Made by a program: the position numbers and the translations under genes | NCBI GenBank assembly: GCA_902579215.1 | Contig: CACHGH010000002.1 | Location: forward strand, 36,494 to 100,493 | Length of the DNA stretch: 64,000 bases | Source of the DNA: an uncultured Pelagibacteraceae bacterium | GTDB taxonomy: Bacteria > Pseudomonadota > Alphaproteobacteria > Pelagibacterales > Pelagibacteraceae | Direction of reading: 5' to 3' | In this document: piece by piece, positions 10,220-20,094 of the stretch | Layout: the number at the start of each line of letters is the position of its first letter | How positions within the stretch are numbered: the first letter of the stretch is position 1 | Notes under the pieces: generated by a model | Database searches by the model: none | What the model was told of the DNA's origin: nothing | What the model saw: only the letters and a program-made list of their open reading frames with translations

Positions 10220-11529
10220 TTTCTAAGATTCTTATATATTGGAAAAGATGAGCAAAGTGAAACAACTTCTTTTCTTACTTCTTCTTCAGTTTTACTGTTA
10301 TCACTAGGGTTTTTAGAAAGGCCATCAATGACTTTTGTAATCAATTCACCTACTTTTTCAAATTCTTTTAAGCCAAAACCTCTAGTAGTTGCCGCTTGAG
10401 TGCCAAGTCTTATGCCAGATGTAACCATGGGACTTTCGTTATCAAAAGGTATACCGTTTTTATTGCAGGTAATATTAGCTCTACACAAACTTTCTGCAGC
10501 CACATTTCCTTTTACATTAAAAGGTCGTAAATCAACTAACATTAAATGAGAATCTGTGCCACCTGAATAAATTTTAAAACCATTATTTTTAAGTGTTTCT
10601 GATAAAATTTTAGCATTTGCCAAGACGGCTTTAATATAATCTTTAAACTCAGGTTTTAACGCTTCTAAGAATCCTGCAGCTTTGGCTGCAATTATATGCA
10701 TCAAAGGTCCTCCTTGATAACCCGGAAATACAGCAGAATTAAATTTTTTTGCAAGATCTTCGTGGTTTGTTAAAATAATACCACCTCTTGCACTTCTAAA
10801 AACTTTATGAGTTGTTGAAGTTACAACGTGTGCATGTTCGCATGGATTAGGATATCCTTTTCCTGCGACAAGACCTGAAAAATGAGCCATATCTACCATA
10901 AGATAAGCTCCCACTTTATCAGCGATCTCTCTAAATCTTTTAAAATCAATTACCCTTGAATATGCGCTACCACCAGCAATTATTAACTTAGGTTTATTTT
11001 TAATAGCAATTTTTTCAACTTTATCATAATCAATAAGCTCAGACTCTTTATCTACATCATAACTTACTGCATTAAACCACTTACCAGACATTGAAATTTT
11101 TAAACCATGAGTGATATGACCTCCAGAATTTAAACTCATACCCATAAATGTATCACCAGGTTTTAGTAAAGCTAAAAACACCGCTCCGTTTGCTTGTGCA
11201 CCAGAGTGAGGTTGTGCGTTAGCAAACTTGCAGTTAAATAGTTTTTTCAATCTTTCTATAGCAAGATTTTCAGCAACATCCACATGATCACATCCATTGT
11301 AATATCTTTTGCCAGGATAACCTTCGGCATATTTATTTGTTAATACTGATCCTTGAGCTTCTAGTACTGCTTGTGAAACAATATTTTCAGAAGCAATTAA
11401 TTCAATATGTTCTTGCTGTCTTTTTAGTTCGTCACTAATTGCTTTATATAATTCAGGGTCTGTTTTTGATAAACTGTCTTCAAAAAAACCCTTATATTGA
11501 TCGTTTATGTATTTATTTTCACTTGACAT
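10216..11529 (-). CDS. glyA: Serine hydroxymethyltransferase
   Basis: [24 protein letters not shown] (PLP lysine), FPGYQGGP. Confidence 0.98.
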   Translation of the reverse strand: MSSENKYINDQYKGFFEDSLSKTDPELYKAISDELKRQQEHIELIASENIVSQAVLEAQGSVLTNKYAEGYPGKRYYNGCDHVDVAENLAIERLKKLFNCKFANAQPHSGAQANGAVFLALLKPGDTFMGMSLNSGGHITHGLKISMSGKWFNAVSYDVDKESELIDYDKVEKIAIKNKPKLIIAGGSAYSRVIDFKRFREIADKVGAYLMVDMAHFSGLVAGKGYPNPCEHAHVVTSTTHKVFRSARGGIILTNHEDLAKKFNSAVFPGYQGGPLMHIIAAKAAGFLEALKPEFKDYIKAVLANAKILSETLKNNGFKIYSGGTDSHLMLVDLRPFNVKGNVAAESLCRANITCNKNGIPFDNESPMVTSGIRLGTQAATTRGFGLKEFEKVGELITKVIDGLSKNPSDNSKTEEEVRKEVVSLCSSFPIYKNLRK

Positions 11530-11531
11530 AG

Positions 11532-11954
11532 CTATATCTTTTTTACTCTTCTTAAGTGTCTTCCACCTTCAAATTTTGTTTTTAAAAAAATTTCAATAAG
11601 TTTGAAAGCTTTATTTTTATTAATCAACCTTTCACCTAATGTAATAATATTTGCATTATTATGCAATCGGGATAATTTAGTATTTTTAGCACTATAACAT
11701 AGTGCGGCCCTTATATTTTTAATTTTGTTGGCTGTTATAGCCATTCCCATGCCAGATCCACAAACTAGTATGCCAAAACTTCCTTTATTAGACGATACTT
11801 TTCTAGACAGTTTTTTTGCAAAATCTGGATAATCTACAGAGTCAGATGATTTTGGACCAAGGTCTTCAATTTTTTTTGTTTTTGTGAATTTTAAGATAAT
11901 GCTATTCTTTAATTTAAAGCCAGCGTGGTCTGATGCAATAAAAATTTTTTTCAA
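11532..11954 (-). CDS. rpiB: Ribose 5-phosphate isomerase B
   Basis: ASDHAG, VDYPD, CGSGMG, HNNAN, FEGGRH..RV. Confidence 0.95.
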   Translation of the reverse strand: MKKIFIASDHAGFKLKNSIILKFTKTKKIEDLGPKSSDSVDYPDFAKKLSRKVSSNKGSFGILVCGSGMGMAITANKIKNIRAALCYSAKNTKLSRLHNNANIITLGERLINKNKAFKLIEIFLKTKFEGGRHLRRVKKI

Positions 11955-11977
11955 TACAATAAATATATAAACTAAAT

Positions 11978-12568
11978 TTAACTAAATTTATAGTCTAAAA
12001 CGCATGCAACTAGGTGAACTCTATTTTCTTCACCGCCATTAAATGCATTATGATATTTTAAGTTATTTGTAACCCAGACTGATCCATCTGCAGGCATGTG
12101 TTGTGCTGCTTTATCGATAACCATTATCGCGCCTGGATTAGTGTATATTGGTATGTGTAACCTTGGCTCAGGATCTCTATGCCAACTTAAAGTTGATCTA
12201 GGTTCTTTTAATAAAAGTCTTACTCTTCCAAGCTTGTATCTTTTAGAAAGTTCATCATAAACTTTTTTAAAGTATGTGTTTTTATAATCTTCAACAAACT
12301 CTGTATATTTTTTCTCATCAATTGATACATCTCTGGTAACTTCTTTGCCTGATGCATCTGGTTTAGTCCAATAAACCCCTCTTACTTTATTTCCTTTAAT
12401 TGAGTCAGGATCTCCTGGAATTTGGTTTAAAGATATACCTGCAAAATGTGGAATTCCAAGACTTGTATCAAAGCCTTTTATTTTTAAAACTTGATCACAT
12501 GCTTCTCTAAGCTTGCTAATATCAAATTTTATCTCTTGTTTTTGAAAGTCATTAATTGCTAGCGACAT
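11978..12568 (-). CDS. Fe(II)/2-oxoglutarate dioxygenase-like protein (Asp/Asn beta-hydroxylase-like cupin), substrate unknown
   Basis: WHRD…RLHIP…YHNAFNGG…RVHL: HxD…H triad plus a downstream Arg. Confidence 0.75.
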   Translation of the reverse strand: MSLAINDFQKQEIKFDISKLREACDQVLKIKGFDTSLGIPHFAGISLNQIPGDPDSIKGNKVRGVYWTKPDASGKEVTRDVSIDEKKYTEFVEDYKNTYFKKVYDELSKRYKLGRVRLLLKEPRSTLSWHRDPEPRLHIPIYTNPGAIMVIDKAAQHMPADGSVWVTNNLKYHNAFNGGEENRVHLVACVLDYKFS

Positions 12569-12638
12569 AATTTATTAATACCCTATAGACTATTATATTA
12601 TATATTACTATTGTCGCATATATAAAATATTGTTGAGA

Positions 12639-13628
12639 ATGATTATCACTGGAAAATACCCAAGTTTAAGACTTAGAAGAAATAGAAAAAAGAATTGGTC
12701 AAGAAGACTAACCCAAGAAAATTCTCTATCTACTAATGATCTTATTTTACCAATATTTTTAGTTGATGGTAAAAATAAAAAACAAACAATAAAAAGTATG
12801 CCTGGTGTTTATAGGTATAGTGTAGACAACCTCTCTCTAATAATAGACAGAGCTATAAAGAATAATATACCCATGGTTGCTTTATTTCCCTACACAAAAC
12901 CAAAATTAAAAGATCTTTATGGATCTGAGTCTTTGAATGAAAATAATTTAGTTTGTAGAGCTATTAGATTTATTAAAAAAAAATATAAGGACAAAATAGG
13001 TATAATGTGTGATGTTGCGCTTGATCCCTACACTTCTCATGGTCATGATGGATTATTAAAAAATGGAAAAATAATAAATGATGAAACAGTTGAAATTTTA
13101 GTTAAACAATCATTATTACAAGCTCAAATGGGATGTGATGTTATCGCTCCGTCTGATATGATGGATGGAAGAATTGGAAAAATTAGAAAATCTCTAGACA
13201 AAAACAATTTTCAAGATGTACAGTTACTATCCTATGCAGTAAAATATGCTTCTAATTTTTATGGTCCTTTTAGAGATGCTGTGGGATCAAAAAATTTACT
13301 TAGAGGTGACAAAAAAACATACCAGATGGATTATTCAAACAGCTTAGAAGCAATCAGGGAGGTATCTTTAGACATTAAAGAAGGTGCAGATATGGTAATG
13401 GTTAAACCGGGGTTGGCATATCTAGATATAATTAAATCTGTAAAAGAAAATTTTAAAATTCCTGTTTTTGCATATCAAGTTTCTGGTGAATATAGCACTA
13501 TAGTAAATGGGATTGATAAAGGGATTGTTGATGAAAAAATCATTATTGAAATTTTAACATCATTTAAAAGAGCTGGTGCTAATGCTATTGTAACTTATTT
13601 CGCTGATAGAATAGCAAACAAACTGTAA
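12639..13628 (+). CDS. hemB: Porphobilinogen synthase (non-zinc, Asp-rich type)
   Basis: DVALDPYTSHGHDG, APSDMMDGR, YGPFRDA, MVKPG, YQVSGEY. Confidence 0.97.
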   Translation: MIITGKYPSLRLRRNRKKNWSRRLTQENSLSTNDLILPIFLVDGKNKKQTIKSMPGVYRYSVDNLSLIIDRAIKNNIPMVALFPYTKPKLKDLYGSESLNENNLVCRAIRFIKKKYKDKIGIMCDVALDPYTSHGHDGLLKNGKIINDETVEILVKQSLLQAQMGCDVIAPSDMMDGRIGKIRKSLDKNNFQDVQLLSYAVKYASNFYGPFRDAVGSKNLLRGDKKTYQMDYSNSLEAIREVSLDIKEGADMVMVKPGLAYLDIIKSVKENFKIPVFAYQVSGEYSTIVNGIDKGIVDEKIIIEILTSFKRAGANAIVTYFADRIANKL

Positions 13629-13632
13629 ATTT

Positions 13633-14313
13633 TTATTTTAAAATATTTACAAAATCGATTCTAGTATTGGGAAAAGTAATATTATTTGGCTTTAAAATAG
13701 TTTTATCTAAATAATCTCCTACAAGTTTTAAACCTTTTAATAAATCTAATTTAGTCAGTTCGTAATCTTTATCGTCAATAAGAAAGTTGGGAATATTTTT
13801 TTTTTCAGATTTAGACTCAACAAAATATGTAACTTTGTTATGAATATTCTCAGATTTTGCTATTTTTTTTAATTCAAGATCAAAACCAACTAATTTAAAT
13901 AGTTCTAATTCCCAAAAAATATAGTTTTTGATCCAATTTTCATTTTCTAAAATATAGTAAAATTTATCAATCAGCTTAAAGATTTTATCATTTTCTTGTA
14001 AATCAACAGTTAAAACTTTAATTAGATTCATAGCTGAAGCTATACACAACAATTTTTTTTTACTATCAAAATATAAGGGGGTAAAAACTTTATAAATTTC
14101 TAATTTAAAATAACCAATTTTACCTTCATCTTTATAATTGTAATTTAGATAAAATTTATTACCAATCTGTAAATAGTTTTTAGTTTTTTTTGAAGTAGCT
14201 CCAAAGATAATACCAGAACATTTTCCATGTTTTTCTGTAAAAAAGTCTGCTATTACAGAATTTTCATTATATTTATTCTTGCTAATTAAATAACCAGTGT
14301 CGTCCCAATTCAT
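13633..14313 (-). CDS. recO: DNA repair protein RecO
   Basis: MNWDDTG N-terminus, OB fold, WELEL..GF; position after rnc. Confidence 0.88.
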   Translation of the reverse strand: MNWDDTGYLISKNKYNENSVIADFFTEKHGKCSGIIFGATSKKTKNYLQIGNKFYLNYNYKDEGKIGYFKLEIYKVFTPLYFDSKKKLLCIASAMNLIKVLTVDLQENDKIFKLIDKFYYILENENWIKNYIFWELELFKLVGFDLELKKIAKSENIHNKVTYFVESKSEKKNIPNFLIDDKDYELTKLDLLKGLKLVGDYLDKTILKPNNITFPNTRIDFVNILK

Positions 14314-14978
14314 ATTTTGTTAATACTTTCCAAAAGTAATGAGGCAGCTTTTTGCTCAGCATCTTTTTTTGAACTACCCTTTGCATTAAAATATTTAGTA
14401 CTCTCAAGTCTTACACCAACTTTTATAATAGGTTTATGTCTTGGACCAGAATTTTCTAGTAATTTATAAATAGGAAGTTTTTTATATTTTTTAAGTGAAT
14501 ACTCTTGTAGTTTTGTTTTTGCATCTACAAAAGTTTTTGAGCTGGCGGTTAAATGTTTTTTCCATATTTTTAAAATAAATTTTTCAACCTTATCAAGACC
14601 TTGGTCTAAATAAATTGCCCCAATTAAGGCCTCGCAACAATCAGAAATAATTTTATCTTGTATTAATATTTGTTTTTGTTCAGCATTTCCAATTAAAATA
14701 AATTTTTCTAAATTGATTGACTTTGCAACTTCAAGACATTTCTTTTTATTTACCAAAAAAGACAACTTCTTGTCTAAAATACCCTCTTTTTCATCTGGAT
14801 AAATTTCAAATAATTTTTTTGAAATAACTAATCCCAACACTCTGTCACCTAAAAATTCCAACTTTTCATTACTATTAACTGAGTCGTAACTTTTATGTGT
14901 TAAACTTTGAATTAATAATTTTTTATTTTTGAAATTTATTTTTGTTTTTTTTTCTAAATTATCAAAATTTAAAGCCAT
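14310..14978 (-). CDS. rnc: Ribonuclease III
   Basis: NEKLEFLGDRVL signature, EALIGAIYLD, C-terminal dsRBD. Confidence 0.97.
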   Translation of the reverse strand: MALNFDNLEKKTKINFKNKKLLIQSLTHKSYDSVNSNEKLEFLGDRVLGLVISKKLFEIYPDEKEGILDKKLSFLVNKKKCLEVAKSINLEKFILIGNAEQKQILIQDKIISDCCEALIGAIYLDQGLDKVEKFILKIWKKHLTASSKTFVDAKTKLQEYSLKKYKKLPIYKLLENSGPRHKPIIKVGVRLESTKYFNAKGSSKKDAEQKAASLLLESINKI

Positions 14979-15709
14979 TAACTTATTTTTTTAAAAAACC
15001 TGTTAAATCTCATTATTTTCTTCCATTTCCAAAATTTCAATATACTCCCCTCTCTTAAATTAGAGGAAAAAAAAATAAATTGTGCTTTTCCAACTAAATT
15101 ATCTTCATGTACATAACCAACGCTAGTTAAGAATCTGCTATCCTTTGAACAATCTCTATTGTCTCCTAAAAAGAAATAGTGTTTTTGAGGAACTGTAAAT
15201 TTATCTGAGTTTAAATAAGTATTGTTTGAGCTATAAACAGTTTTATGTTTTTTTCCATCCGGTAATTTTTCTTCATAATGATTAACATCTATTAGGCTAC
15301 TCCCACAAAAAATGTTCATATTGCTCTTTAATGATGTTTTAAATATCTGTGAGTTATTAATAAATAAACTACCATCAATAAATTGAATAATGTCTCCAGG
15401 TAATCCTATCAATCTTTTAATGTAATCAGTTCTATTATCAGCTGGGGTTTTAAATACAATTACATCACCTCTTTTGGGAGAATTATTAAAAAAAATTCTT
15501 CCTTTAAAAATTGGTGGGCTAAAAGGAAAAGAATTTTTACTATATCCATAGGAATATTTAGAAACAAACAATCTGTCACCGACTAACAAACTTGGTTCCA
15601 TAGAGGAGGAAGGTATATAAAATGGTTGGATAATTAATGATCTTATAATTAATGCAATTATTAGAGCATAAATAAGAGTTTTTAAATTTTCTGTAATAAA
15701 TTTTTTCAT
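14978..15709 (-). CDS. lepB: Signal peptidase I
   Basis: PSSSMEPSL, YIKRLIGLPGD, GDNRDCSKDSR. Confidence 0.97.
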   Translation of the reverse strand: MKKFITENLKTLIYALIIALIIRSLIIQPFYIPSSSMEPSLLVGDRLFVSKYSYGYSKNSFPFSPPIFKGRIFFNNSPKRGDVIVFKTPADNRTDYIKRLIGLPGDIIQFIDGSLFINNSQIFKTSLKSNMNIFCGSSLIDVNHYEEKLPDGKKHKTVYSSNNTYLNSDKFTVPQKHYFFLGDNRDCSKDSRFLTSVGYVHEDNLVGKAQFIFFSSNLREGSILKFWKWKKIMRFNRFFKKIS

Positions 15710-15714
15710 AACTT

Positions 15715-16101
15715 TTATTTTTTTTGAAAAATAACAAATGCTATAGAATATTTTTTTTCATCAGAAATTGATAGGAAGAAATTAAAAGAATTTGTTTTAT
15801 GTTTTTTTTTAATCAGCATATTTATTTTTTTATTAACAGAAAATGAAGGTTTTCCTAGTTTATCATTAACTATCGATATATCGTTAAAATTAATACCATT
15901 TCTTAGTCCAGACCCTAATGATTTAACAAATGCTTCCTTCGCCGAAAATCTCTTAGCAAAATAAAGAGATTTTTTTTTTATTCTTTTTGATTTTATAATT
16001 TCAGACTTACTAAACACTCTATTAATAAATTTTTGATTTGAAATTAATCTATTTATTCTAGAATTTTCAATTATATCAACTCCAATGCCAACTATTTTCA
16101 T
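15715..16101 (-). CDS. acpS: Holo-ACP synthase
   Basis: GIGVDII, RFSAKEAFVKSLG, SISD. Confidence 0.95.
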   Translation of the reverse strand: MKIVGIGVDIIENSRINRLISNQKFINRVFSKSEIIKSKRIKKKSLYFAKRFSAKEAFVKSLGSGLRNGINFNDISIVNDKLGKPSFSVNKKINMLIKKKHKTNSFNFFLSISDEKKYSIAFVIFQKK

Positions 16102-16104
16102 AAT

Positions 16105-16824
16105 CTATTTCTTAATAATTTTTTTAAAATTATTAATTACTTTTTTGAAACCATTAAATATTGCTTCGCCTATAATAAAGTGACCAATATTAAATTCTTT
16201 AATTTCAAATATTTTGGTCAATAACTTAGTAGATCTATAGTCAAGGCCATGACCAGCATGGACTTCTAAACCTAGTGATTTCGCTAATTTAGAACATTTT
16301 TTAATTCGATTAAATTCATTTAAATAATTTTTATTTGATTTTACTAATTCTGAAAATTTCCCTGTATGTATTTCAATACAATCAGTATTTATTTGATGGG
16401 AAATTTTTACATCATTAATATTAGGATTAATAAAAAGACTTGTTCTAATGTTATTATTTTTGAGACTTTTTAAAATTTTTTTAATTTTATTTTTATTTTT
16501 TTTTAAATTAAGACCACCTTCTGTAGTAATTTCTTTTCTTTTTTCTGGAACAATGCAAACATAATTTGGTTTATTTTTTAATGCAATTTTAAGCATGTCA
16601 AAATTAGCTCCAATTTCTAAATTCAGCAAAATTTTTTTATAACTACTTATTTTTTTTAAATCTATATCTTTTATATGTCTTCGATCTTCCCTTAAGTGTA
16701 TTGTTATAGAATTGGCACCACTTTTTAATGCAAGTTTAGCAGATGTAAGCGGATCTGGATGAAATCCTCCTCTTGCATTTCTTACAGTTGCTACATGATC
16801 TATGTTTACACCAAGTCTTTTCAT
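16105..16824 (-). CDS. pdxJ: Pyridoxine 5'-phosphate synthase
   Basis: LGVNIDHVAT.R, HLREDRRHI, TTEGGL, HAGHGL, NIGH. Confidence 0.97.
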   Translation of the reverse strand: MKRLGVNIDHVATVRNARGGFHPDPLTSAKLALKSGANSITIHLREDRRHIKDIDLKKISSYKKILLNLEIGANFDMLKIALKNKPNYVCIVPEKRKEITTEGGLNLKKNKNKIKKILKSLKNNNIRTSLFINPNINDVKISHQINTDCIEIHTGKFSELVKSNKNYLNEFNRIKKCSKLAKSLGLEVHAGHGLDYRSTKLLTKIFEIKEFNIGHFIIGEAIFNGFKKVINNFKKIIKK

Positions 16825-17408
16825 TTTATAAATCTACTCCCTGGTACAGAAATTGGAGTAGATTTAAGTAATGGTGGTAACTCACTTTTTTTATATGTAG
16901 GAATATTAATTTTCAAATGTGAAATAACTTTTTTTTTAATTTTAAGATTTTTTTTATTTGAACGATCAATTATACATGCAAAACCTAAGATTTTAGCTTT
17001 AGCTTTTTTTATTAATTTTACACACTCAAGACTGGATTTACCGGTAGTAACTACATCTTCAACTATTACTACTCTAGCATTTTTTTTAATAGAAAACCCT
17101 CTTCTAAGTTTAAATCTTTTATTAACTCTTTCACAAAATATTGTTTCTATATTAAGCAATTTACCAATTTCATAGCCTATTATTATTCCTCCCACAGCTG
17201 GAGATAAAATCAAATTAACATTTTTAAAATTTTTTTTTATTTTACTTGATAAAGATTTGCATATTTTATTTGCTTTATTTGGAAAACTTAACAGTTTTGC
17301 GCATTGAACGTATTTAGGTGAATGTAAACCTGAAGATAGAACGAAATGACCTTCTAATAATGCATTAGTTTTTCTTAAAATATTTAAAGATTCTTTGTGT
17401 GAAAGCAT
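16821..17408 (-). CDS. pyrE: Orotate phosphoribosyltransferase
   Basis: GHFVLSSGLHS, VEDVVTTGKS PRPP motif. Confidence 0.95.
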   Translation of the reverse strand: MLSHKESLNILRKTNALLEGHFVLSSGLHSPKYVQCAKLLSFPNKANKICKSLSSKIKKNFKNVNLILSPAVGGIIIGYEIGKLLNIETIFCERVNKRFKLRRGFSIKKNARVVIVEDVVTTGKSSLECVKLIKKAKAKILGFACIIDRSNKKNLKIKKKVISHLKINIPTYKKSELPPLLKSTPISVPGSRFIK

Positions 17409-19110
17409 TCTTTTTATCCTTATGTCTAATGATCTTAAACTTCAACTCTTTTTGTTTTAACTCACTTATAAAATTTGTAAAGTTTTTCAAATCATGCACT
17501 ATCAAACTAAATGTAAAATTTATGTATTCATCTGTTTTTTCGTTCATTTCAACACTAGATATGTTGATTTTGTGGGTACCAATCATGGTTGTCACCTCGC
17601 CAAGTTTCCCTGGTTGGTCTGGTAACGATATCCACAATAAAGTATTGTATTTTTTGACTCTTTGATTGTTAGAAGTGTCTCTAGATTGCCAATATCTTCT
17701 AATCGCTGCTCTCGCTTTCCCTGTTTTTGTAATGTTAAGCCAATGTAATGATGGAGATACTTTTTTTGAAGTAATTATTTTTACCATATCGCCGTTTCTT
17801 AATATTGTTTGTAAATCTTTTTCTATACCATTAACCAGACAACCAGTTGCAGTGTCACCAATTTTGGTATGAACGGCATAAGCAAAATCTATTGGAGTAG
17901 CATCTTTTGGTAATTTTATAATAGAGCCTTTTGGAGTGAAACAAAATACGTTTTCCTGGAACATATGAAGTTTTGTATATTCAAAAAAATGTTCTGGATT
18001 TTCGTTTCTTTCAATAATTTCTACTAAATCTTTTAACCAATCATATTCTTTCCAAGTTAAAGAATTAAATTTTTCTGAAGATTTGTATTTCCAATGGGAA
18101 GCAATACCGCGTTCAGCAAATTCGTGCATTGGCATTGTTCTAATTTGAATTTCAATTGGTCTCTTATTTGGTCCAATTATCGACGTATGTAGTGATTGGT
18201 ATTTGTTAATTTTTGGTGATGAAATATAATCTTTAAATCTTCCAGGTATACAGTTCCATTTACTATGAAATATGCCGAGTGCTTTATAACAGTCTTCTAT
18301 ATTTTCTAATATAATCCGAAAACCAATTATATCTGACATCTGTTCTAGAGAAACTCTTTTTTTTTGAAGTTTTCTCCAAATTGAAAAAGGAGTTTTTTCT
18401 CTACCAATAATTTGAGCTGTTAAATTGTGTTGATTTAATAAATCACTGAATTCATATGAAAGAGAATTAAAACTATTTTCTTTATCGTATTTAATTTCGT
18501 CAAGTCTGTTTTTAATTAATTCACGTGCTTTAGAATTTAAAACTTTAAACGATAGATCCTCTAGTTCATCTCTAATTCGATTCATACCCATTCGATCAGC
18601 AAGTGGGGCATATATTTCCATTGTTTCTTTAGATATTCTTTCTTTTCTCTCTATATTTTCTATAGCATCTATTGTTCTCATGTTGTGTAAACGATCTGCT
18701 AATTTAACTAGTAAAACTCTAATGTCTTTAGACGTAGCAAGGATTAATTTTCTAAAATTTTCTGCTTTAGAATTTTCAACAGCTTGATTTTCAAAAACAG
18801 AAATTTTTGTTACACCATTAACTAAATCTGCTACTTCTTGACCAAATTCCTCTTTTATGGTTTCGTAAGTAGCGTATGTATCTTCAATAGTATCATGTAA
18901 TAATCCTGTTGCTATTGTAGCGCTATCGAGTTTTAGTTCAGTTAAAATACTTGCAACAGCGATAGGATGTATAGCATATGGATCTCCTGAATCTCTTTTT
19001 TGATTTTTATGGGCATCTATAGCAAAATTATAGGCTTTACCCAAAGCTTCTGGGTTTAAGAATTTATTATATAATTTAACCTTATTTATCAATTCTTCTG
19101 AATTAATCAT
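17365..19110 (-). CDS. spoT: Bifunctional (p)ppGpp synthetase/hydrolase (Rel/SpoT), shortened C-terminal region
   Basis: LHDTIED hydrolase, KLADRLHNMRT, YQSLHT/EIQIRT synthetase, TGS (DFAYAVHT), ACT. Confidence 0.95.
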   Translation of the reverse strand: MINSEELINKVKLYNKFLNPEALGKAYNFAIDAHKNQKRDSGDPYAIHPIAVASILTELKLDSATIATGLLHDTIEDTYATYETIKEEFGQEVADLVNGVTKISVFENQAVENSKAENFRKLILATSKDIRVLLVKLADRLHNMRTIDAIENIERKERISKETMEIYAPLADRMGMNRIRDELEDLSFKVLNSKARELIKNRLDEIKYDKENSFNSLSYEFSDLLNQHNLTAQIIGREKTPFSIWRKLQKKRVSLEQMSDIIGFRIILENIEDCYKALGIFHSKWNCIPGRFKDYISSPKINKYQSLHTSIIGPNKRPIEIQIRTMPMHEFAERGIASHWKYKSSEKFNSLTWKEYDWLKDLVEIIERNENPEHFFEYTKLHMFQENVFCFTPKGSIIKLPKDATPIDFAYAVHTKIGDTATGCLVNGIEKDLQTILRNGDMVKIITSKKVSPSLHWLNITKTGKARAAIRRYWQSRDTSNNQRVKKYNTLLWISLPDQPGKLGEVTTMIGTHKINISSVEMNEKTDEYINFTFSLIVHDLKNFTNFISELKQKELKFKIIRHKDKKNAFTQRIFKYFKKN

Positions 19111-19130
19111 ATGTTCTTATATCATCTAAT

Positions 19131-19658
19131 TTATAATTGTTTAATAGATCTTATGTTTTTAATTTTTAGATCTTGCAATAATTCAAAGATTTTCTTATTT
19201 TTTTTAGGATGTTTCCAGTCTTTGCAAATTTCATACAAAGGTAGAAGAACAAAGTTTCTTAAATGCATTCTTTGATGCGGAATTATTAAATTTTTATGTT
19301 TTTTATTAATTTCTATATATTTATTGTCATAATCAATAATGTCGATATCACAAACTCTAGGATAATTTCTTAATGAAGATTTTCTTCCAATTAAAACTTC
19401 TACTCTTTTTATTTCCTTTAATAATTTTTGTGGTTTGAAATAAGTGTTTGCTTTTACAACAATATTAAAAAAATTTGGGAATTTTGGGTTTGGCCAAGAT
19501 TGAGATTCATAAATACAAGATGATGATAAAATTTTTATTCCAATTTCTTCTAAGTAAATTTTTGCTTTATTTATATTCAATTTTTTATCACCTAAGTTTG
19601 TACCAATTGATAAATAGATTGATTTAGCTGGATTTTCTAAAATATCTTGCTCTATCAC
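19131..19658 (-). CDS. folK: 2-amino-4-hydroxy-6-hydroxymethyldihydropteridine pyrophosphokinase
   Basis: [31 protein letters not shown]. Probable GTG start at 19658, overlapping the smpB end. Confidence 0.9.
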   Translation of the reverse strand: MIEQDILENPAKSIYLSIGTNLGDKKLNINKAKIYLEEIGIKILSSSCIYESQSWPNPKFPNFFNIVVKANTYFKPQKLLKEIKRVEVLIGRKSSLRNYPRVCDIDIIDYDNKYIEINKKHKNLIIPHQRMHLRNFVLLPLYEICKDWKHPKKNKKIFELLQDLKIKNIRSIKQL

Positions 19659-20094
19659 GATTCCAATCTCTTTTTTTAATTGATTGCCTTTTATCATACT
19701 GTTTTTTACCTTTTGCTACAGCTATTTCAATTTTTGCTTTCCCTTTTTTGAAATACATTTTTGTGGGTATAAGAGTAAGACCTTCTCTTTGAACTTTACC
19801 TATCAATTTATTAATTTCTTTTTTATTTAGTAAAAGTTTTCTTTCATCAAGTGGGTTATGGTTTGAATAACTTGCTTCTTTATATAATGGTATATGTGAG
19901 TTAACTAAAAAAATTTCTCCTTCTTTATCTATAGCATAAGAGTCTGCTATATTAATTTTTCCCGCTCTTACAGATTTTATTTCAGATCCTTTTAAAACTA
20001 TACCAGCTTCATATAATTCTTGAAAAAAATAGTTAAAACTTGCTTTTCTGTTTAAACAAATGATTTTTAAACCACTATTGGTTTTTTTATTCAT
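19624..20094 (-). CDS. smpB: SsrA-binding protein
   Basis: [29 protein letters not shown]. Confidence 0.97.
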   Translation of the reverse strand: MNKKTNSGLKIICLNRKASFNYFFQELYEAGIVLKGSEIKSVRAGKINIADSYAIDKEGEIFLVNSHIPLYKEASYSNHNPLDERKLLLNKKEINKLIGKVQREGLTLIPTKMYFKKGKAKIEIAVAKGKKQYDKRQSIKKRDWNRDRARYFRKSS

